A stretch of 16,658 bases of DNA from Planctomycetota bacterium (GTDB lineage: Bacteria > Planctomycetota > GCA-002687715 > DRQF01), in the NCBI GenBank assembly GCA_036479435.1, contig JAZGFI010000160.1, positions 1 to 16,658 of the forward strand, given 5' to 3'. Below, piece by piece: positions 1-6,001 of the stretch. Below the pieces are notes generated by a model that saw nothing but the letters and a program-made list of their open reading frames with translations, was not told where the DNA came from and did not search any database. Position numbers and translations under genes: made by a program. Within the stretch, counting starts at the first letter, position 1. Each line of letters starts with the position of its first letter.

Positions 1-1
1 G

Positions 2-1477
2 CCCGCTGGCGAGCGGGGCGAAATTTTGTTGGCCCTGGAAAACGCGGCCTTAGCCTTTCGAGATCGCTGCGGCTTAGAGCTCGTCATCTTGCGCGCCGGA
101 CACCTCTACGGCGATGGCCGCATGGGATTTCTCCAAGACTTCTTGGCGGCGATGAACGGAGATGAAACTCATCGCGAATTGATCGCCAGCTCTGGCGACC
201 TTCGTTTCCAGCCGATCCACGTCCGCGCCGCGGTGGCCGCAAGCAAACGTGGCGACTGGATCTATCATCTCGGCACGAACGGATGCCCGACGACGGCCGA
301 CCTAGTTCAAGAGCTGACTCGCACGGCGCGCCGGAAGGGGCTTGCGATTGGGGGCTCTGAACTCGGCACCAACCCCAAACCCAGTTCGAAAGCTGTCCAT
401 TACCCCTGGCCCTGCCACCGCGCGGAGCGCGAGCTGGGCTATGTGGCTGAGTGGACTCTTGAAGGCGGATTCTCAGATCTATTGGACACGGAGCGGACCC
501 AAACTTTGATGTCCGAGTTAGGCGTCGAGCGCGCCGCCGACTTGTCTTTGAACCCCGACGAACAACAGGGCGACCTAGTGGATCGCGAAGGGCGTTTTTG
601 GGACGAGCAGGAAGCCGCCGAGGCGCTGCTTTATGACCAACCCCACGATTGGGCCTTCGATCCACAACTGGGCAACGTCATCCAGGCCCCGGTTTATCGT
701 TTCATGCGGAAAGTCTTCGGCGATCATCCTCCCAAAAGAGTCCTAGACCTCGGTTGCGGCGGAGGTGTTTACTCGCGCTGGATGGCAAGCGGCGGCGTCC
801 AAACCGTTGGCATTGATCTTTCGGCGGCGAAGATCGAAAAGGCAAAACGGCTGGCGGAAAAAGATGGGGTCGCCCATCTCTGTGATTTTCGGGTAGCCAA
901 CGCCATGGATTTCCAACTTGAAGAACCCGTTGACGCCATTTGCGCCTTCGGGGTACTCCATCACTTCCCAGACCTTGAGCAACACCTACCCGGCATCCTG
1001 GAACGTAACCTGAAGCCTGGCGGCGTCCTCATTGCCATCGAGCCCCATTGCGAAGACGGCTTCCATCCCTTCTTTCAGCGCCTCTTGAGTTTCTTTGGTT
1101 CAACCTGGCTCCGCCGCTTCTTTGACGGCGAGCGCTACGCCCGCATCGCCGAAGAGGCACGCATGGGAGTCTCCCTTCGTGGCGAAAGCCCCGCGGGCTT
1201 GGAAGTGCACGACCACGATCACGTCGAGATCGACGAACTCTTACTGCGCGACTACGAGCCCCAGCTCGTACGTCTCCATCACATGCTCTCGCCCTTCATC
1301 GCCAATGCCTTTGTCATCTACCAACGCTCCCGCATCGTGCGCGGTCTGGTCCGATTCACCATGCCCCTAACGGTCCGCCTGGACGGACTCCTTTGCCGCT
1401 TCAAGTGGTTTCAAGATTGGGCCGCCCTCGGCATGTACGCCGTGACCCGAAAGAACACGAAACCAGGCACGGATTAG
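2..1477 (+). CDS. Extended SDR (NAD-dependent epimerase/dehydratase-like) domain fused to a C-terminal class I SAM-dependent methyltransferase; 5' end lies outside the window
   Basis: The frame is open from position 2 (PAGERGEILLALE...), so the TTG at 26 is probably not the true start. SDR C-half motifs: GLELVILRAGHLYGDG, FQPIHV, IYHLGT, RAERELGY..WTLEGG. MTase motifs: VLDLGCGGG, GIDLS, DAICAFGVLHHFPD, LKPGGVLIAIEP. Stop TAG at 1475-1477. Confidence 0.85.
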   Translation, partial: PAGERGEILLALENAALAFRDRCGLELVILRAGHLYGDGRMGFLQDFLAAMNGDETHRELIASSGDLRFQPIHVRAAVAASKRGDWIYHLGTNGCPTTADLVQELTRTARRKGLAIGGSELGTNPKPSSKAVHYPWPCHRAERELGYVAEWTLEGGFSDLLDTERTQTLMSELGVERAADLSLNPDEQQGDLVDREGRFWDEQEAAEALLYDQPHDWAFDPQLGNVIQAPVYRFMRKVFGDHPPKRVLDLGCGGGVYSRWMASGGVQTVGIDLSAAKIEKAKRLAEKDGVAHLCDFRVANAMDFQLEEPVDAICAFGVLHHFPDLEQHLPGILERNLKPGGVLIAIEPHCEDGFHPFFQRLLSFFGSTWLRRFFDGERYARIAEEARMGVSLRGESPAGLEVHDHDHVEIDELLLRDYEPQLVRLHHMLSPFIANAFVIYQRSRIVRGLVRFTMPLTVRLDGLLCRFKWFQDWAALGMYAVTRKNTKPGTD

Positions 1478-1508
1478 CAACGACGTCCACTCTTAGCCGA
1501 TCACCGAG

Positions 1509-2249
1509 TTAGAGCCTGCTGATGTCTTGGCCGATTCTGCTGATGATCTTATCGTAGTAGTGTCGGATGAAGTTCTCCGGCACGTTGCCTCGATCTTGCT
1601 GTTGGCGGAACTTCGTCGATACGGCTTGAAGTTTCTCGACGAGCGTGAAGCCAGGGTGGTAGCACTCGACTTCCAGCGCTCGATTGTCAGCAAGTGCCAC
1701 TTTCACTTCTTGCGCTCGGTCGTAGGCCCATGAGCTGATCAAGCAGGGTTCGGATGGCCCGGTCTTGTCGAAGCCCAACTCAAATAAGATGCCAGTCTTC
1801 AGTGCCGGAATTGAGGTGAAGTGAGATTGGTATTGAAGTCGTACCCCGCCGCTCCTCATTTTCTCGGTGTCGAAGTTGTAGTCTCGATCCACGGAGACGA
1901 CACCCGGAACCTCAACGTTCTCCGCGACCCAGTCGAAGAAGTCTCTTCGCGACGCTACGTGTGCTTCCTTGTCCTGATTTTTGCCGCAGAAGACCTTGAA
2001 GCCCGCTATCTCTTCATCGATGCGAATGTCGATGTCTTCTGAGAACCGCTCAATGACACCGAAGCCCTTTGAGAGCGATGTTCCGCCCTTGAGTTGGAAC
2101 TGCCATCCCAGAGAATTGAGACCGTATAGGCAGTGCATGATCCAGTAGTCTTTCTCGACTAAGAGCGGCAGGATTCGGCGTTCGTCAGCGACGATGCGAA
2201 TGAGATCGGAGAACTCCGGGTGTTCGTGCAAGTAGGGATTAATTGGCAC
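1509..2249 (-). CDS. AbiEii/AbiGii-family nucleotidyltransferase toxin (type IV TA), possibly with a C-terminal internal deletion
   Basis: Motifs LVEKDYW, LKGGTSLSKG, RFSEDIDI, EKL and RHYYD are characteristic of AbiEii nucleotidyltransferases. Start placed at GTG 2249, which overlaps the end of the upstream gene (GTGCCAATTAA), giving 246 aa. The track start at 2300 is less likely. Confidence 0.88.
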   Translation of the reverse strand: MPINPYLHEHPEFSDLIRIVADERRILPLLVEKDYWIMHCLYGLNSLGWQFQLKGGTSLSKGFGVIERFSEDIDIRIDEEIAGFKVFCGKNQDKEAHVASRRDFFDWVAENVEVPGVVSVDRDYNFDTEKMRSGGVRLQYQSHFTSIPALKTGILFELGFDKTGPSEPCLISSWAYDRAQEVKVALADNRALEVECYHPGFTLVEKLQAVSTKFRQQQDRGNVPENFIRHYYDKIISRIGQDISRL

Positions 2250-2820
2250 TGGAGGTGAACGCCTCAACGATTTTTCTTGTGCGAACTTTTCCAAAGTCAC
2301 GGGAGATGCGTCGGAGTTTGTTGCGATCTAGCGTCTGGGATTCTCGACCCAGGCGTTCCGTCACGAGCGCCGAATCTTCCTCGATGAATCCGAGGTTGTT
2401 GAGAAGCTCAACGACCAAAAACTCAGCGGAAAGGCTCTTGGGAAATCCCGACCGCATTCGAAACTCAAACTTTCTACCGCCGACTTCGATGGGACCATGA
2501 CGTTTGTGGTTGTAGACAACGCGGGTGTTGTAGAGCTGAGTTGTCCCTATCCCTAGGGAGTTGTAGGCGTTAGGGGTCACTAAGAGAAACTTGTCGCTCC
2601 TAAGGAAGCTGTGGACCAGTTCGTGGTCGCTAGCCGGGACATCGCCAAACGATGATGACTTCGAACACAGGTACATCCCGTGCGACAACTTTTTGAGCTT
2701 GCCCTCTAAAACCAACTCGGCGGCGTGGCGATCAACGCTGTTGGACCATTGAGAGAGCTCCGCCCGGCGGTAGACTTTCCCAGGACGTAGATGCTTCGCG
2801 AGTTGCGTGATTGACTTCAT
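2239..2820 (-). CDS. Putative AbiEi-like antitoxin / transcriptional regulator (DUF6088-like)
   Basis: ATG at 2820 is preceded by GAGGCGGAGATAAGT (SD-like), giving 193 aa. The N-terminus is winged-helix-like (LRPGKVYRRAEL...LVLEGKLKKLSHGMYL), followed by AYNSLGIGTTQ..VVYN. It lies immediately upstream of and overlaps the AbiEii gene, the usual AbiE layout. Confidence 0.8.
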   Translation of the reverse strand: MKSITQLAKHLRPGKVYRRAELSQWSNSVDRHAAELVLEGKLKKLSHGMYLCSKSSSFGDVPASDHELVHSFLRSDKFLLVTPNAYNSLGIGTTQLYNTRVVYNHKRHGPIEVGGRKFEFRMRSGFPKSLSAEFLVVELLNNLGFIEEDSALVTERLGRESQTLDRNKLRRISRDFGKVRTRKIVEAFTSSAN

Positions 2821-2845
2821 ACTTATCTCCGCCTCGATGTTCTTC

Positions 2846-2872
2846 TTATCGGCCCTTGATATCAATATTTTA
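2846..2872 (-). promoter_or_regulatory. Sigma-28 (FliA/WhiG)-type promoter consensus upstream of the TA operon
   Basis: Minus strand reads TAAA-atattgatatcaagg (15 nt)-GCCGATAA, an exact match to TAAA-N15-GCCGATAA, ending 25 nt upstream of the ATG at 2820. Confidence 0.6.
2856..2865. promoter_or_regulatory. Perfect 10-bp palindrome TTGATATCAA, candidate operator
   Basis: Self-complementary. It sits in the spacer of the sigma-28-like promoter and just downstream of the sigma-70-like -10 box. Confidence 0.35.
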
Positions 2873-2894
2873 GGGTAAATTTCATGCAATCCAA
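2867..2894 (-). promoter_or_regulatory. Possible housekeeping sigma-70 promoter for the TA operon
   Basis: Minus strand TTGGAT-N16-TAAAAT in an AT-rich intergenic stretch, overlapping the sigma-28-like site. Confidence 0.35.
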
Positions 2895-2910
2895 CACAAG
2901 TCAGGGCATA

Positions 2911-3105
2911 TCAGGGACATCCACCGAGACTCCGCCGGTAAGGCGGTTGCCTCTCCAGAAAATGAATCTTGTTGGCCATGGGGCGGACGACAGCGATGAA
3001 GGCAAAGTCGATCGCGTAAGCCACGAGCAAGATCGCCAGGAAGACCGCAAGCACCATTGAAAACTTGGTTAACTCTGGTTTACGACCAATTCGGGATTGA
3101 GACAT
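2911..3105 (-). CDS. Small hypothetical membrane protein (64 aa)
   Basis: ATG at 3105 is preceded by purine-rich CAAGGGAAGAGG. A basic N-terminus (MSQSRIGRKPELTK) is followed by a long hydrophobic segment FSMVLAVFLAILLVAYAIDFAFIAVV. It is the 3' half of track ORF 2911..3291. Confidence 0.45.
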   Translation of the reverse strand: MSQSRIGRKPELTKFSMVLAVFLAILLVAYAIDFAFIAVVRPMANKIHFLERQPPYRRSLGGCP

Positions 3106-3201
3106 CGACCTCTTCCCTTGGTTTACGGTGCCGAGCTCGACGCCCTTTGGTTCGCCGGGGATTCCCCGACCTCGCTGTCTTGAATCGCCACGTTGACTGG
3201 A

Positions 3202-3233
3202 TGGCGCCAGCTTCGCTTGGCGCGCCGGGTGCT
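3202..3233 (+). promoter_or_regulatory. Two abutting sigma-54 (-24/-12)-like motifs upstream of the T6SS operon
   Basis: TGGCGCCAGCTTCGCT (3202-3217) and TGGCGCGCCGGGTGCT (3218-3233) both have the GG-N10-GC spacing of TGGCACG-N4-TTGCW. The second is the better match. Confidence 0.45.
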
Positions 3234-3420
3234 GACACAGTGTTCTATCAGTACCCGCAAAGATAGCTCCAAAGATATCAATACGGCACATAGAAGCATG
3301 GCTGATTTAGCCGGGCACAAGATATCGTGGGGTTCCTCGACGCCGACCCCACCAACAAGAATCCAAACTTCAACCATGGCCAACGGTTGACCAATATCTC
3401 CCAAGACGTGACCATTTGGC

Positions 3421-3756
3421 ATGCGGCCGCAAGATCAAAAACCGAAATTCGACCAAAGCGAATCTGTACTCCAAGAGCTTGGACAAGCGAGTCAGGCAAA
3501 CTCCAAGGACAAAGCCGCCTTGATCGCAGTAGCAAAACACTATGGCCCCGAAATGGAGCTCACTGAGGAAGTCGCTTGTGAACTGATTTCAGCCATCACT
3601 CTTGACTTTCTGGGCGAATCTCTCGGAGAAGAACTTGAAGCCGAACTTCTTAGATCGGCCGCAGCCAAGATCATGGCTCACAAAGGCGGGCGCGCGCGCT
3701 TGGAACGACTCTGGAAGAGCTTGCAATCTCGGGATCCGCAAGGCGACTCGCAATGA
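3421..3756 (+). CDS. Hypothetical helical protein (111 aa), first gene of the T6SS operon
   Basis: Plausible protein-like composition with amphipathic helices. Its stop overlaps the sigma-factor start (ATGA at 3753-3756). The exact start is uncertain because there is no clear SD. Confidence 0.7.
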   Translation: MRPQDQKPKFDQSESVLQELGQASQANSKDKAALIAVAKHYGPEMELTEEVACELISAITLDFLGESLGEELEAELLRSAAAKIMAHKGGRARLERLWKSLQSRDPQGDSQ

Positions 3757-4385
3757 AATCTCGGCAGGAGCTTGTGCTCGGCTGCCAAGGACTGGTGAAC
3801 TCCATTGCGTGGCAAGTTCAGAAACAGATTTCTGCGCCCGTGGAATTTGACGACCTAGTTGCCGATGGGAACATGGGTCTTAGCGAGGCGGCAGAAAGAT
3901 ACCGTCCCGAGACCGGGGTCGCATTTACGACCTTCGCGTACCGCCGTGTTCGGGGTGCCATCATGGATGGCCTGCAACACAACCCGGCGATGGACAACAG
4001 CGCTGCCCCCTCGACCGAAATCCTCGAAAAGTCACTTGAAGACAAATCCCTTGTCGACAACGATATGGCGTGGCTAAAAGCCACGGCTCTGGAATTGACG
4101 ATGTCAGGCTTCCTGGAGTCCTGCCACGACCTTGAGGGATATGGTAATCTTCCCTCTTCAGCGCCGCTGGCCAATCTGATGGCGCAGGAAACGAGGCGAG
4201 TTCTCGTGGACGCCATCAGATCCCTGTCTGATGACAGCAAGGCGTTGATCATCTCCGTATATTTCGAAGGTAAGAAACTCAAAGAAGTGGCGAGACAGCT
4301 TGGCATTAGTCAACCTTGGGCAGGCCGCCTACATCGTCGAACTCTAAGGGTTTTGGCCATCAAGATTCGAGGCAAGGGGGAATAG
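3753..4385 (+). CDS. RNA polymerase sigma-70 family factor, FliA/WhiG (sigma-28)-like
   Basis: Region 2: FDDLVADGNMGLSEAAERYRPETGVAFTTFAYRRVRGAIMDGL. Region 4 HTH: LVDAIRSLS..IISVYFEGKKLKEVARQLGISQPWAGRLHRRTL. 210 aa. Confidence 0.9.
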   Translation: MKSRQELVLGCQGLVNSIAWQVQKQISAPVEFDDLVADGNMGLSEAAERYRPETGVAFTTFAYRRVRGAIMDGLQHNPAMDNSAAPSTEILEKSLEDKSLVDNDMAWLKATALELTMSGFLESCHDLEGYGNLPSSAPLANLMAQETRRVLVDAIRSLSDDSKALIISVYFEGKKLKEVARQLGISQPWAGRLHRRTLRVLAIKIRGKGE

Positions 4386-4388
4386 CAA

Positions 4389-5459
4389 GTGGCTCGAAGC
4401 CTATTGAGTGCAGACCAGTGGGAGAGCCTTGCGCAACCGATTTCTTCTGAGTCTCCGGTTGGCCCGAATTGGCGTGAAGATCCAGATGCCAAAAAACTCT
4501 TTCACGCCCTAAAAAACGGATTCGAAGATTCCTTTCCTAAGCCAGGAGACGAGCCTCGCGGCATGAGCGCGTGGGTGGCAGTCATCGAAGATGGAGTGAC
4601 GTTTCTCAGCAAGACTGCAAAAGATCTTCGCGCGGCCTACTTCGTTTGCCAAGCGATGGTTCAAGCCCGCGGGATCGCGGGCCTGCAGGATGCCTTGCTT
4701 ACAATCGACGTCCTGGTGACACAATTCTGGAAGGACCTGCACCCGGAGCTGACCACTTCCCGCCCTGCTGATCGCATCATGCCTCTCCGACGCTTGTTCG
4801 GTTTGGAAGAAGATGGCCAGCTGCCATTGGCCGTCCTCCCGATGACTGCCTTAACAGCTGGCACCGTGCCCTGGAGTGAATTTCAGAAAGCACAGCAGGG
4901 AACTGAAAACGAGAGACAAGAAAAAATTGTCAATGCTGCTCGGGAGAGTGGAAGCCAGCACTTCCAACATTCTCTTGAGGCGGTTGAGGAGTGTCGCAAG
5001 CTTCTCACTCAAATTGACACGAAGGTCGAGGCCGGCTTCGGATCTGTGTTCAATACCCCCGGATATGCCCCGCCAAAGACAGGCGTAAAGGACTTTCGCA
5101 AAAAGTTAGTGATCTACGGCCACGACTTACGCGAACTTGCAATCACAGCTTTTCCTGAGCTTGACATCAAAGAAATCGAAGCGGAGTCGGAAAGCAGCTC
5201 GTCAGATCAGAACGCAAAGTCTGGCTCAACGACTTCTAACCAACAGATCTCAAGCCGCCGAGAGGCACTGGCAGCGCTGCATCAGATCGCGCGCTATTTT
5301 CGAGATGCTGAACCGCACAGCCCTATCTCTTACGCCGTCGAACAAGCCGTAAGGTGGAGCGAGATGAGTCTGCCGCAGCTGTTGACAGAGCTTATTACAG
5401 ATACCAATTCACGTAGTCAATTATTCAAACGCGTGGGCATCACGGACCCCGAATCTTAG
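4389..5459 (+). CDS. tssA: T6SS protein TssA (ImpA family)
   Basis: ImpA_N features LAQPISSESPVGPN, W..V......LSKTAKDLR, GIAGLQDAL..I..L...FWKDLHP. C-terminal SRREAL..L.QIARYFR.AEPHSPISY.VEQAVRW..MSL..LL.EL. GTG start follows AAGGGGG. Confidence 0.93.
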   Translation: MARSLLSADQWESLAQPISSESPVGPNWREDPDAKKLFHALKNGFEDSFPKPGDEPRGMSAWVAVIEDGVTFLSKTAKDLRAAYFVCQAMVQARGIAGLQDALLTIDVLVTQFWKDLHPELTTSRPADRIMPLRRLFGLEEDGQLPLAVLPMTALTAGTVPWSEFQKAQQGTENERQEKIVNAARESGSQHFQHSLEAVEECRKLLTQIDTKVEAGFGSVFNTPGYAPPKTGVKDFRKKLVIYGHDLRELAITAFPELDIKEIEAESESSSSDQNAKSGSTTSNQQISSRREALAALHQIARYFRDAEPHSPISYAVEQAVRWSEMSLPQLLTELITDTNSRSQLFKRVGITDPES

Positions 5460-5482
5460 ATCTTTATTGAGAGGCAAATCAC

Positions 5483-6001
5483 ATGGCGAAAAAATCTCGG
5501 GTACACATTACCTTTGATGTCAATGACAAAGGCGCGATGAGGAAAGTTGAACTTCCCTATATTGTGGGAGTTGTCGGCGATTTTTCGATGAAGACGCAAG
5601 AAGAACGCGAAGACCTCGCATCCCGCAAGTTCAATCGTATTTCTTCCGAGAATTTCGATGACACGATGGCTGATCTCAAGCCAACTCTTCGGAATATTAA
5701 GGTCGACAACGTCCTGGACCCCGAATCTGAGGAATTGCTCACCATTGAGAAGATACCCTTCAATTCAATGAAGAGCTTTTCTCCCGCAGAAGTGGCGAAA
5801 CATGTCCCAGAAATTCGGGCCCTACTCGAGAAGCGGAATCAATTGAAAGAGCTCTCTACTCACGCAGATTTCTCTCCAGAAATCAAAAAGATGCTCGGCG
5901 AGCTCCTGCAAGACACCGAAGCCCTAAAAGAAGCCTCGCAGAAACTTGGGCCGAAGAGCGAGAGCTCAGGTGAAGAAGTTTCGACGGAAGGAGACGACTA
6001 A
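5483..6001 (+). CDS. tssB: T6SS contractile sheath small subunit TssB (VipA/ImpB)
   Basis: RVHITFDV..GAMRKVELPYIVGVVGDFS, ENFDDTM, FNSMKSFSPAEVAKHVPEIRALLEKRNQLKEL. SD GAGG upstream. Confidence 0.95.
   Translation: MAKKSRVHITFDVNDKGAMRKVELPYIVGVVGDFSMKTQEEREDLASRKFNRISSENFDDTMADLKPTLRNIKVDNVLDPESEELLTIEKIPFNSMKSFSPAEVAKHVPEIRALLEKRNQLKELSTHADFSPEIKKMLGELLQDTEALKEASQKLGPKSESSGEEVSTEGDD

Noticed and set aside
2821..2889. Track start at 2889 for the antitoxin (and 2300 for the toxin)
   Set aside because: The extension runs through AT-rich promoter-like DNA and ATG 2820 has an SD. The toxin start at GTG 2249 gives a compact overlap, while 2300 would overlap the antitoxin by about 60 nt.
3156..3168. 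Mini inverted repeat CGGGG-ATT-CCCCG
   Set aside because: Only a 5-bp stem with no U-tract, which is expected by chance.
3258..3317. Direct repeat CAAAGATA (3258, 3270), CGGCAC...GC at 3284 and TAGA-N15-GCCGGGCA at 3291-3317 as regulatory sites
   Set aside because: The repeat is short, the sigma-54-like site has GG-N9-GC (wrong spacing), and the sigma-28-like match is too degenerate to support autoregulation.
3106..3420. Short ORFs 3057..3266, 3123..3422, 3193..3390, 3278..3535, 3327..3566 and the N-terminal extension of 2911..3291
   Set aside because: They overlap one another, show no recognisable motifs and lie in the probable divergent promoter region.
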